Positions 12,561 through 25,200 of a stretch of 64,000 nt of DNA are shown here, piece by piece. Position 1 is the first letter of the stretch, and the number at the start of each line of letters is the position of its first letter. Both the position numbers and the translations under genes were made by a program. The notes beneath the pieces are model-generated. The model did no database searches, had not been told where the DNA came from, and was given only the letters and a program-made list of their open reading frames with translations. Source of the DNA: Raillietiella orientalis (Eukaryota); assembly GCA_036172245.1 (NCBI GenBank), contig JAYWIR010000027.1:1364001-1428000 (forward strand). The letters run 5' to 3'.

Positions 12561-14811
12561 CTGAGACCGTGTGGGGAACGCCGGTGGCTCGGGCGCTGGG
12601 CCTCTCTGCTCGATCTGCATGGGCCTGCTTGTTTGGGAGCGGACGGTGGGAGTAGGGACAAGGAGAAGTAGGAGCGCGGAGATCCGATGGCACGCACCAC
12701 CGTCGAGCCGTCTCACGACTGGTCGTCCTCGCCGCCGCCGCGCCGCGTTTGCGTCCTCCGCCTGGTCTTCGTTTCCGCGGCCACCGCCCGCTCCGGAAAT
12801 GCTGGGTCGTCGCCGGTCCCGGCGGCGCCTTATTCTGAGAAGGGGAAGAGGAAGGAGAAGACAGGTTTCCGCGGCCGGCGCAGAGCGGGAGCGAGAGAAC
12901 GCGTGAGCACGCCAGCGGCCGCTTCCCGGTCTCTTCTCGTCGTCCCCCGAAGGGTGCTCGAGGGAGACGACGAGGCACCGGTCCGGCCTTTGCCTGGTGC
13001 GCTCGATCCGCGCCAACGTTGCCTCCCCCCGGGGGCTGCTGCTTTGTTGCGTCATCGCGCGCGCGCTGGACCATTCGGCGAGGACCTGTCGGGCGGTCGT
13101 CATCTTCCTGGGGAGAAGTCCCTTGCACCAGTTTTTTTTTGTTTGTGTTCCTTTCGCTCCCCCATTCCGAGCGTCTTCCGTGTGCCGTGCCCCTATCGAT
13201 GGGACCATGCGCGGCCGGCGTCGCGGAGAAAAAAGGTGGACCGGACGCTGGAGACGACCGGAAACGTCGCGCATCCGCGCGCAGAGCGCGCGGATGGAAG
13301 GGTTCCCTCCCCCCTCCTTTTGTTTCCTAGGATGCGGCTCTCCGAAGCTCGTTGGGCGCCCCCTTTCGGTGGAAGGGAGAGAACGAGCGGAACCTCTTGC
13401 CCTCCTTTCTCTCCTGGAAATGCGAACGGTTCCCCTCCTCCTCCTTCCCAGGCGCGCCGGCGCCACTGCTGCTGCTGCAGCTGCGGGGTGGGGCCGTCCA
13501 AGGGACTCCTGGGGATGGAGGAGGCCTGGAGCGCTTCGTCGGCTTCCTATTTTCCCAGCTGCAGTCGTCAGCGCCGCAAGATGGCGGGCAGAGGAGGCCG
13601 GCTGCGGCGCAGAGCTCTCGGGCGAACGGGGAGCGGGAAGGGGGAGGGGGAGGAGGGAAATGATGGTCTTCTCGCGCCTCTCCTCCTCCTCCTCTGTCCG
13701 GAGCGCCAGGTGGCGCAGCAGCGGTGCGGGCTGAAACGGCCGCCGGCAACTTCCGCGCGGCACTCTGCTTGGCGAGGCAGCGAAAACTCCTGGAGCGCGA
13801 AATTCCCTTCCCACCCCGGAAGGGGAGGGGAGATGAATTTCACCCTTCTGCCCGCTGCTGTCCCCACGGCGGCCAACCGGCTCGGCCTGCGGTGCCAATC
13901 GCCGCGCTCTCTTTTCTCGGACCGACGGGATGCATCTGCGCGCGCGCCCGGTCGGTCGGACGCACCCTGCTTGCTTCGAAACCCCGGCGGGCGAGTTCCG
14001 TGTACCCCTCCCCGAGGATTCGTGAGGGGAACCGCCTTCCGTCTCTCCCCGCACGGGCGGGGCGCCATCACGTGCTAACCGTGGGGCCCTTAGGGCTACT
14101 CACGTCCCTTCCTCCCCTCTTCCTCCCTTGTCCGTGGCTGCTACCTCCGCAGCTGCCTTCCGAGGAGGTGCGCGCGCTCCTCTGCTCTTCGGCAGGAGAT
14201 CCGGGGCGGCAGCGGAGGGGCCGGTCCAGGCATGGAGCCAGCCGTGCCGCGAGACACTCGTGCTAGATCCGGGCCAGGAATCGCGGCGGGACGGGAAGGA
14301 CCGGCTGCGAGGGAGGCGGACGCCCTTGGAACAGGGATGGGGGACAAAAGGAAAACGGCGGGGGAGGGTGACCTTGTTGTCCTCCGCGCCTTTCACTCGG
14401 GATCGGCCTCGCCCACCCGCCGGCTTCCCTCCTGCCCGCCGCCGCCCGACTTTCGCCCAGTGCAAAGGGACGGACGGGGCGCACCGCTCTCGACTCTTGC
14501 AGATGTTACCGCCTCCAGGAAAGCCGCGCGCCTCTCCCGGTCGTCCCCGGGGGTGGCAAGGGGGTTCGACCCTTGCTCTCCAAAAAAAAGCTCCGCGAGC
14601 GGCGACTGCGACGGCTGGGAGGTCACACGGTTCGAGCGGGTTGACCCTGCTCTGCTTGGACGAGTGCGAAAGCGCGAGAAGAGGGCGTCGCGGTCTGCAT
14701 GTGCTCTGCGCCTTGCCCGCAGCCGCATCGTTGTTACCTCGCGCCCCGCCTCCTGACCGGATCTGTGCGGCCGCGTTCCGAAGATCGTGGCTCTGCTATC
14801 GAGGTCGCCGT

Positions 14812-15470
14812 TCTCATCACCACCACCACCGTCATCATCGTTTTGTCGTCGTCGTTGACTTGTTTTCATTACCATCACCTCCATCTCATTTATTGCACTT
14901 CGTTGTTATTGTTGTGATCATTGTAATTATTATCGTCGCCGCTATGATCGCCTGAATAGATAATGATAATTGCTGCCGTCGTTAGCGGCGCAGTTATCAT
15001 CATGGTATTATAGATATCTCTGTTATAATTGTAATTCTTGTCACCATCATCGCCGTGAACATTACTGTCATCATTGTTATCACCAGCATTAGCAATGTCG
15101 TCTCTACTTCGTCGTCTCGTCGTTATCATCATCGTTATTGTTGCGATCATCTTTACGTCATTGTCGCCATTTTTGCAGTCCCTGTTGTCAGAATCGCCAC
15201 TATCGTCATTATCAGCAATCGTCGTCATTGTTGCGATCGCTATGAGGATTCATTGTTGTCGTCATTTGTTATCATCATCATCCTTGTTCATCATTTTGTC
15301 GTCATCTGTTATCTTCGATATTGTTATTGCCGTCTGCAGTCGCGTCGTCACTTCCAACATAACATAGTTGCGATCATCATCATATTGTCGTTTTTGTTGT
15401 TGTTGCCGTTTTTTTTTTTTTATCACCTTCGTCACGTCGTCGCCATCGCTGTTGCTGCGGCCGCTGCCGT
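14812..15470. repeat. Degenerate trinucleotide low-complexity tract (CAT/CGT/TGT/TAT)
   Basis: Direct inspection; it produces spurious Ile/Val/His/Asp-rich ORFs. Confidence 0.85.
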
Positions 15471-18400
15471 GGCAGTGCCAACGGGACGTTCCCCACGGAG
15501 GCGCTCCCGACCTGCCGCCTCCTCCCTCCGGACGGGCGGTGGCGGACTCACCGAGTGCGGTTTGGGAAACGCCCCACGGCTCTTGTCGAGCCCGAGAGAG
15601 CCTCCTGGGAGCATCCACTCTTCTTGGCCGTGCCGTCGAGTGCGCTCTTGTCGGCGAGGCCGTCGAGCGTCCTGACGGCACGCGCGCTCGAGGAATCGCT
15701 GTGGTAATGACGGTGCGGATTCTCTGCGTCCTTGACCCGGTTTCCCACCTGGGTCGTCTCTCGGTTGTCGACATCCTGTCGATCCCGTCGGAATCGGTCC
15801 GACAGCGAGCTCAAACGGAAGGAGGGAACGCAGCTCTCTCCGCCGACGAAGAGCTCCTGCCGCAGGCTCGCCTCGCTGAACGGCGAACACGGAAACGCCG
15901 GCATCTTTGGCGCTCGGTGGTTAGCTGGGTCGTTCCACCCCCGCGTGACCAGAGAGAAGCGCACCTGAGCGCCTCTTCGGCCTCCACTTTCCCGCCTCCC
16001 TCTGGGGACAGCCAGACAAGGTTCGGCCCGCTCCACAGGCATCCGTCCAAGGCGACCGCGCGTCCTGCGAAAGTCAGTCGTTTTCCGGCTCCCTGAAGGG
16101 GACCGGGAAACGCCTCTCGCCTTCAGGTGGCGGGAGACGCCGCTTGCCGCCGGCAAGCGTAATGAAGTCTTCGCCGGCGGTGGCTACACACCGATGTCGC
16201 CAGGGGTCTCTTTTTCTCCCTCCCTCCCTCATCTGGAAGGGTTCGACCTTCCGAGCCGCACGGAACCGGCGCCATCGGCGAGCCGCGGGAGGAGCTGCTG
16301 CTCGGCACCTGAAGCTCCCGCCTGGCCTTCTCTGCGAAACCGGCCGACAGCCCGGTGCCTTCCCACCCTTCCCCCCTGCGGCGGGGTTCTTGCATCACCA
16401 GTCCTGGGCGCGCGCCTGTGAGCGACCTCGCGAGCTTCCCCTCCCCCCCACGGAGAAGAGGCCTCCCTAGCTGGAGCCGACTTGCTGCTCCTCCCCCTCC
16501 TGTCCTAAATGCGGGCGGAGTCGCTTCCGCGGCTCCCGCGGAGGATCTTCCCTTTTTTTCCTTTTACTGCCCTCGACCCGAGCGCGCCCGGATGAATGCG
16601 CGCGGGGCCCCTCGTTGTTGGCGATGCGGATGATGCCCTGCCCCCCCTCTCCCTCTTTGCCCTGTCGCTACCTACTCCTTGAGGGTCCCTGAGCGTCCTT
16701 CAAGAAACCTGAAAAGGTTTTTGCGCCCGCCATGAAAAGGCGGCCTCTCCGCGCCTCCCGCCGAGTGGGTTGGTCGGTCGCTTGGGGCGTTGGATGGACG
16801 CTCCACCTATGTTTATTTTTCCGTCTGCGCAGAGCGCATCCAGCTCACCCCCGTCTTTTTCCTTGGGGTGCGCGCTTGTCTTTACCCGTTCTGCTTGTCA
16901 CAACAGATTGTGTGACCTATGAAAGTGTGGCTCCACCTCACCCCCTCGCGAAAAAAAAAGGGGGGGGGGGAAGATGGATGCTCGGCGGTTTGCAGAAGCG
17001 CGAGGGTCGAATGCAGCGGTCCCTCGGGAGACTGCTAGCGAAGCGGTGGGTCTTCCTCCTGCGGCACTTCCACCAATCCGTTCTGTTTTGTCACATCGCG
17101 CGCGCGAGTGAGAAGGAAAAAACACACATTATGCAACCGCCGACCCATCTGCTGCTCCCTCGCTTTGCCGCGTGCCTTGGCGGCGCCTCGTCTCGCCTTC
17201 CCGTCATGATGAGAACGATGATGGTTGTCGTGATCATGGTAGCAGTCGAGAGCCGCCCCGCGCTTATCGGCATATCTTCTCCTCCTCCTCCTCCTCTTAA
17301 GGGAACGAATCCTTTCTCGCGCGCTGTCCCGCTCGCTGCCGCCGTCGAAAGGAAGCGCTGCTGCTCCTCCGGCCGGTTCGGCGGAGGCCGAGCCCTGGAA
17401 ACCGGGCGTTCCCACGGTGCGTCGCGCCCGACGCGAAAGCGCAAGTTTGGGGGACGAAGGCTCGAAGGAAGCCAACCGGGAAGGAGGAGGGAGCGTTTCC
17501 CTCTCTGGGAGGAGCTCGACGCGACGGAAGGTGCGTCCACGCCCGACCGGCGGTTCCCGTTGGCGACTTCCAGGAGGCACCGGTCTTCCCGCCCGCTGGG
17601 TCTCTCCGCCACTATTCCCTGAGCAGGATGCGCGACTTGGAAAGTGGGCGGCTTCGGATTCGGAGCGCCCCGCAGCCGGAGGGAGTGGCTCTTTGATACT
17701 TGTTCCTCCGGCCGGAGACCAGGGGAGGGTGGGAAGAAGGTAGAGCTGCGAGAGGGACACGGGCGCGTCCTCTGCGCTCTCGCGCGGGGTTCCACACACG
17801 CGCTCTCGGCGAATCCTGCGCCTTCGGCGCGCACCTTTAGCGCGCCTGCACTGCACACCTTGCGCGTGAGACACGCTTTCCTTCCCGGTGCCACGCCGAG
17901 AGGCGGCGAGGGCAAGCCGACCAACGTCCGCCGCAACCATGGAGACGGCGGCGTGCTCGCCGCGCCTTGCGCCAAGGCCTCTTCGAGCGAGGTTGTCTCC
18001 TTCCGGGGCGCGGTGTGGGCTGTTTCCGTTGCGCATTCGCGCATCCCGGGCACCCGCGCACGGATTTTTTTCTTGTCTTCCCATCGTGCCGCATCTTTCT
18101 CTCACATGTGACTCGCTGAGGAGGAGGCACGCCCGTGCGGACCGGGCGCTTCCCTCCTTCGTCCCGCCCCGCTCCCCGAAAGTCGACTCAATTCTCTCCT
18201 GGCATCCTTCTCAGGATGTGCGGGTGCTCCAGAAGGGAGAGCGCGTGCGTGGGTTGTTGGCGACGAGGGGTGAGAACGACGGACTGTCCGCGCGAAGCGA
18301 CCCGCTGCGTCCACCCTGCCGCTGTTGCCGCCCCTGCGCCGGTAGAGAAGGGCGGGAAGCGTGGCGCGCGCGGGGACGGGTCGCATCCGGGCGTTTCCCG

Positions 18401-19166
18401 GAAATGGCATCGCAGTCGGGAGGAGGGGAAGCAAGGGGTGACCCGCCTGCGGCGAGACTCCTCGACGTCTGTCGCGTCCCATGCCCGGGGCCGCTAGGCA
18501 CTTCCCGACGGCGCAGGCGCGGGCAGAGTTACCCCGCACGCGGTCGGCCTCCCCCCGGGGTAAGCGGAAAGAGAAAATCAGGGACTGAATTGTGGGGGAG
18601 GGATGGGTGGAGATGGAGTCGCCGGTTCTCTGCCCTCGTCCCACGCAGGCGACGACGTCCTTTTCCGTAGGGGAGGTAATCCACGTCTGCGGAGCACGCT
18701 GGGAGGAGGGCGACAAGGATAGGGGAGGAGGAAATTCGCTGCTGCGCCATGAGCGGCAGGGTGCCTCCCTCTTTCCCCCCGTCCTTCGCTGCCGCTCATG
18801 GCGGGGCTCCAACGCGATGAGTGTAGGACCGCGGGCTCTGTGCAGGAAGCGGCGTGCCGCCTTCCCTTCGGGACCGTCGTCCCCTCACGGTAGAGGAGGA
18901 GACCTCCTTGCCGAGCCGGGAGAGGGTCCCGCAGTCCAGGTGGAATCGCCCCTCGCGCGGAAGAGTCCTCGGGCAGCGACGCTTTTTCGAGCCAGCATGA
19001 CCCTTTCCCTGCTTCGCGCGTCTTCGCCCCGTTTTCCGCGCGTGCACCGGGAAGGGTTCCCGGCGTAGCCAGCTACGCCGGCGCACCAGAGGAAGGGGAA
19101 GGAGGGAGGAGGGTCGTTCGCACCTCGCTTGCGCGTTCTTCTGACTCTTCTCTTCTGCTGCAGGGG

Positions 19167-19199
19167 ATGCATGAGAAGAGGAAGGGCAGCTGCTGCTGA
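19167..19199 (+). promoter_or_regulatory. Upstream ORF (MHEKRKGSCC*) in the RhoGEF start-codon exon 19164-19283
   Basis: ATG 3 nt after a strong acceptor (CTGAC...CTTCTGCTGCAG); it stops 33 nt before the main ATG, in the same frame. Confidence 0.5.
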
Positions 19200-19232
19200 T
19201 CTCCCGCACAGAGAGGGGCGGAGTTTTCCGGC

Positions 19233-22200
19233 ATGTACCACCAGCATGCCGGCGCCGACTCGAGAGCTGAAGACCACCTGAAGGTAACGCGCAGCGCGCG
19301 TGGGCGAAGCTGACGTGCGCTGCGTAGGGACTCTCGCTGGACTCAGCAGCCCGACTGCCCGGGAGGGGCACCGACCCCCGCGACCTCGCCGGCCCGCCCC
19401 ACCCGCAGCCCCAGCCGGGGTGCGCCAGTCTTTTCTCTCTTCCCAACCTCCCACTCCCCTGCTGCCTCGCTCCTGCGCGCGCGGGACCCTCCCGTTGCTG
19501 CTGAGTGGGGAGAGGGGGTCCGACAGACGAAACGGGTCACCCATGCCCGGCACTTGGCGCGCACGCGGTGCGCAAGGAAACCGCCTCAGGGGTTTCTTTT
19601 TTTTTTTTTGAGGGATGGGGCTCAATTTTCCCAAGTTTCCTCCTGTCCGCATCCACTATTAATGCAGCGCGATAAACCCACCAGTCTCACTCTGGCCCTG
19701 CCGGTGTCAGGAGGACGCCCCCCCATGGTGGTCGAGCTGGTTCACGAAGAGAGGAGGATCCGAGCGGTCACAGGAGACTGCTCCACTCCGCCCTGCTCCT
19801 GTGCTCCATGCGGGTGGAATTCCGGCCCTCCTGCCTATCCCGTTTGCTATCCTCTTGCCCTGCATATCACCCTCCTCCTCTGCACCACCATCACTATTCT
19901 TTTTCCTCTTCTTCTTCTTTTCCACCATTCTTCTTCGTCTTCTCCTTTTCCACCACCACATCTTCTCGTCTCTTTTCCCTCTCTTTCTCCTCCGTTTCTT
20001 CTTCCCCTCCTCATCCTTCTTTTGTACTCTCCGTGCCCTTTAGCCCGTGGCTGCAACCGAAAAAGACGAGAGGAAAAAGGCGCGCTCACGCGAGCGTTTT
20101 TGTGTGTGGGATGAGGGGGGAGGGGGCGAGGAGTCTTGCTCGCCGGCGTACCGGAGCGCGCGCGCTTCCGTGTCCACCCGGCGGGGTGGAGGGCGAGGAG
20201 CAGCCGCCTGCTCGCTCCGAGGCCTAACGGTCCCCGAAAGACGTCCGCCTCTCGCGCCTAACGGGCCACGTCTTTCGGCCCCCTCCCCCCCTCTCTCTCC
20301 CGTCTTTCCCGCCTGTAGGCGCTCCCCGAGTTGAACGGCTCCTGTAAGTTGCTGCCGCCGCAGGCCGAATGCATCCATCAATCCTGGGGAGCGGCAGCGG
20401 TGGGACGCAGAAGGGGGATAGGTGGGGAGAGGGTCTCCCCCCTCCTCCTCCTTTCCCTTGGGCCTGTTTCTGCTGTGCGCGAGAGCTCCTGCCTCCCAGA
20501 AGACTCGCGACGTATTCCGCTGACTTTTGACCCTCCCCTAGAGCGCCTGGGAGGGGCGAAGGGGGCCCAACCCGCGTCCCCCTTCTTCTCTCCGACCCAT
20601 CCCTCTACCCTTCTCCACTTCCTCAGTTGATCCAGGCTTCGCACGTGGCGGCCAGCCGAACAAAGTCCGCAGCTGGCTCCACCCTGCCCGGCAGATGGGA
20701 CCTCCGGAGACTGCTGCTGCCCAGGGGCAAGGATGACCACAGCGCCTCCTCGAAGCACACGGCTCACCGCCGCCTGCCTTCCAGTTGCATCCAGGCGTGC
20801 TCCTGCCAAGGATGGGGCAGCTGGACGACCTGTGCCATCCCGCCCTTCCCCCGTGGTGACCTGCTGTCGCCTGCTGCCGGGGCTGGCAGTATGCCGCGGG
20901 CCTTCCGTTGGCCTCCGCCCCCCCCGCTGCCCCGCCTCACCCAGTTCGTCGTCCTCGAGTCCTCTGGCGGCCCCTGCGCCTGCGAGCAGCGCGCCTGCCG
21001 CACGCTCGGCTACAGGGGCCGCCGCTGGGCCGCCCCGCCCCCGCACTCCGGGGGTCCCAGAACGGAGGAGAGAAAGAGGGGCGGACGCCCCAGGCTGGAC
21101 GACTCCGTCTTCCGCGACCCCTACAGAGCGATCCGGGCTGCGCGCCTGAAGGACACTGACGCTGGGAACACCACCAGCGTACCCTGCAGTGAGAGGCGCA
21201 GCCTCGATGGGCGGCCAGAGACGCCCAACGGCGGTCTGAGGGCGTCGCAGTCCTTCACCTGCGGCGGGAGGAGGAAGCCCGGGGAGCGGGCCGGAGCGGA
21301 CCGCCTCCTCCCGACCACCGCTTCCAGGAGGCGGTCCATCCTGGCCACGAGCGTGACCGCCTACGACCTGCTGACTCAGTACGTCACGCCCGTGGAAGTC
21401 ACCCAGGTGCCTGCGAAGCTGCCGACATCCTTCCCCTGCCAGGGGGCCGGGGAGACCCCGAGTCTCCGCGTCCTCCGTCCCGTCAACGGCCCGCCCCTCC
21501 CTCCCGCGCCGCCACTGCCGGCAGAGGTCACCATCAGCACCTCAGGCGAGAACATGACCAACATCGACATCATCCCGGCGGGCGACCTGGCCGCCGGCTC
21601 AGCCGCGGTCAGGAGGACGCTCCCCACGGTGGTCGAGGTGGCCCACGGAGAGAAGAGGATCCGCGCAGTTGCAGGAGACAGCCCCGCCCCGCCCTCGTGC
21701 TCCATCCGGGTGGACTTCCGCCCCCCCGGCCCCGCCCCTTCCGCCGCCGCCGCCGCCCATCCCGGGCGAGACGGCGAGGACGCCTCCAGCCGCCGCCAGC
21801 CGCCGCCCGCCCCGCCCCCGAGGAAGCTGCGCGGCCACCACGCCCTCCTCCTCCCTGCCGCCCCTTGCGGGGTCCCGGCGGCAGCGAGCGCCGTCTCCGC
21901 CGATCCCCCCGGGACTAAGTCCATCCTCAAGAAGCCGCCGCCGTCCCTTGCCGCCGCGGGAGACACGAGCTCGGAGACCGAATCCTCCGAGTCGTGCGGT
22001 GCCCTTCCCTCCGGGTCAGGGGGCAGACCCCCCCGCGTCACCGGAGGGCAGTTGCAGGCGAAGAAGAAGGTGCAGTTCCTGTCCTGCGCGACGGCCGAAG
22101 TGCCGAGCGTGTCCCCCGACCAGGAGGTCGTCGGGTGGCGGCCCGGCGCTCTGCCCGACCGCGGCGTCGTCGTCGTCCCCTGCTGCCCCTCCCTCTCCCC

Positions 22201-25200
22201 GTCCCCGCCGCCTCCACCTTCCTCGCCAGCCTCCTGGCGCCCTCCCGGCCCCGCGCGCGAAGAACCTCAGCTTGCGGCAATCTGCAGCTCCTCGCCCTCC
22301 TCCTCCCCTTGCTGCTGCTGCTCTTCCTCCTCGTCGTCCCCCCCCTCCTCCTCCTCCTCCTCCTCTTCCTGCGAGGAGAGCCTGGAGGGAAGCGGCTGCT
22401 CCGCGGACTGGCCCGAGAGCGGAGGGAGGTCCTGCGCATCTCCGGAGGCTTCGGGATCGACGCTGCCAGGTGAGCCGTCGGGGATGGGCGGCTCCTGCTG
22501 CCCGAGGGCGCATCACGGGCGGGGGGGACCTTCGCTTGCACAGGAAAACAGCCACACCCCACCACGGAGCCACACTCCCTCCGAGGTGATTCGCTCGAGA
22601 GCTGCTGCGAGGGCGTGCAGCCCCTCATCCGAGGAAGCTGCCCCCCCTCCCTCCAGCTTTCTGAGGTCTTCCAAGTGCTCCTCCGTCTTCAGGTGACGCC
22701 CTCGCACCAAGACGTGACGCGAATGGAAAGGATCCGAGGTCTCCCTTGGATACGCCTCTTTCTTGCGAACGAGCCTTCTTCCCCTGCACGCGCGCCCACC
22801 ATCGAGGAGTGGGAGGTCATTCGAATCCCCGGCTACCACGCGCACGCCGCTCCGTTCGCGCCAAAACCTCTTCAGCAGCGCGTCACGCGCAGCTCGATGG
22901 TTCAGTACTGTTGAATGCAGTCGCCGAGTTGCAGGAGGTTGCCGAGCAATACAGTAGGGAGACCAACGGACGGAAATTAACAATAGAATAGACAACACAT
23001 TAGGTAGAAAACAGAATCCATGAAATACTTTTAATACGGCTGTCAAAAATGAAGTGGAGTGCTTCATAGAATAGTATGCTTAATATTAGAACCCAGATTT
23101 CATTAGAACGGAGTGCAGAGTCTGTTAGAAAGAATCCAGTGCTCGATAATAGAATATGGAACGGAGTAGATTGGTATGCAGTGCTTAGTGATCGCAAACA
23201 GGGCACACTCGATAGAACGCGGGATTCGTTAGAGGGAGTTCAGTTCTTAACTTTAGAATGGAGAGTCCGTTAGGTGGAATGCAGGGCTCGGCAGGGCTGG
23301 GAAAGTCGGCTGGACTTCTGCAAGATTCCATCGTGTCCTTGCGTGGGGAAAGCGTAGCGTTTCCATGTCACGAAATCTCATGCGTGCACCTACAACACCT
23401 CTCGCTGTGTCCGGATAACGCCTATCACGTGGAGGTCGCCGCTTGCAGCGGTCTCTGCGCGTGTCCGCGGAAACGCACCTCGAGTCGATTCGGGTCAGTT
23501 CGACAACGACGCGAGACTTCCTTTGTCTCAACGACTTGCACAGACAGGCCTGCTCGCCCTTGCCCTCTCAAAGGGTCTCCATCGCGAGGTAGAAACGCCG
23601 GAAAGAACGAAGAACGTCGATTCCGAGTGTTCGATTTCTTTCCCGTCTTCTTTTCTGGAACACGATGGCTGTTTCGCCTCTGAGGCTACCAGCAGCTTGC
23701 TAGTCACTCCTGGAGAGGGTCGCGCTTCGTTTTGGAGGCAATGGGTCCGACAAGTGTATGTGTTTTAAATGTGTTTTTTTTACACGTTTCCAGGCTGCAG
23801 TCGTTGCGCGAGAAAGTGTTCCATGTGACCGAGCACTCGCTTTTAAAAGTTTGGTTGCGACCATAGCGTAGTAACCGTGTAAGCAGTCAGTGCCTGCAGC
23901 ACACTTCCACTGAAGTGCTGTCGACTTTGATTCGCTTCCGTGCAGTCCGTTGGCAGTTCGTTCTTATGAGAGAAACTGCAAGACAAATCCCTGACCTCTC
24001 GGATTCCCGGGGGTAGAGTGCCGGCTCGCGAGCATTTCTTTGCAAAAAAAAAAAAAACAGGAAGAGGAAACGTGCGAGGGAGGGGTGGTGGGAAGAGAGA
24101 GAGAGAGAGAGAGAGATACGTCGCAAAGTGACTGGTGCGTTCGCGAGTGCTTGACACGAAATTTTCTCTCACCTCGCAGAGCACTGGTTCTGCCGAACAC
24201 GCGATTCCGCTTCCAATTATGAGAAAGGGGTGTGGCAGGCATTCTCTGCGAAGGAGAGGTGAAGGACTTGCTCCGATCCGGAATACACGATGATGGAAAG
24301 ATGCGTTCTCTCGTTGGAGGGCTCGTCGAGTGATGCCGTTACCTCCATTCATATGTCGAGAATTCAGGCGCAGGCGCATGTTTTTTTTTTCTTATTTTTT
24401 TTTTTTCGTTGTTCGTTGTTTTTATTGGATAGCGCTCGGTAGCGGAGTAACAGGTCAGCTGTGGGTCACCGAAGCCCGCGGTCGCAGGAAATGGCGATTT
24501 TCTCGCTTCTCCCTTTCTTTTCCCTATTCCCCTGCAAGGAGAAGTTTTCCGGTTCGAGGTGGTGCGGAGGGGCAGTCAGGTCATACAATCGGGAGGCAAC
24601 GGTACCCACGCTGATCCGCCGTTCCGTTTCAAAAGCGGCCGATGGAACGACGAAGAACGTTCGTCAGACCAATAAGGAGTGGCTGTCGCCCACACACTTG
24701 AACCCATCTGGAGCCGATTCCTCGCTCCCCGCTAGAATCCCCCGTTTTGACTGCCGCTTCTTCCTCTGAGCGCCGTCGTTCGCTTCGACCCCGAACCGAG
24801 GCTGCCGGCTTCGACAGCGCTGGTGTTTTTTGTTTTGTTCTCTCCGACTGAACCGATCGCAAACGAACGATTATTGCCCGGGACGGTTTAAAAAGTCGTC
24901 TGCTTCCGGATCTCTTCAGGTTGCCCAACGCACTGTGAGTGGTGCTCCTGGATCCGAGGGGAAAAGCACGCGCCAGCTCTTGGAGTTGAGAGCGGGGTGG
25001 CTTCCGCCGACATTCGAACCCGCGGCCTTCCACTCGGTGCCGGGAGATTTTCATCACAGTACCAAGTCCGCTCGCCCGATCTTTTCCCCCGCGCGAGTCT
25101 GAAAAGCATCATTAAGGCGATTTTCGGAGAGGGAGCGGGCAGACTGTTCATCTCTGGGATTCCAACCCACGACCTTCCTCTCGGCATCACGGGGGGGAAG

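Noticed and set aside
12138..14054. 638-aa minus ORF and overlapping 463-aa plus ORF
   Set aside because: Arg/Pro/Gly-rich and open in several frames, as expected from high GC; only LINE-like relics near the 3' end; no coherent domain.
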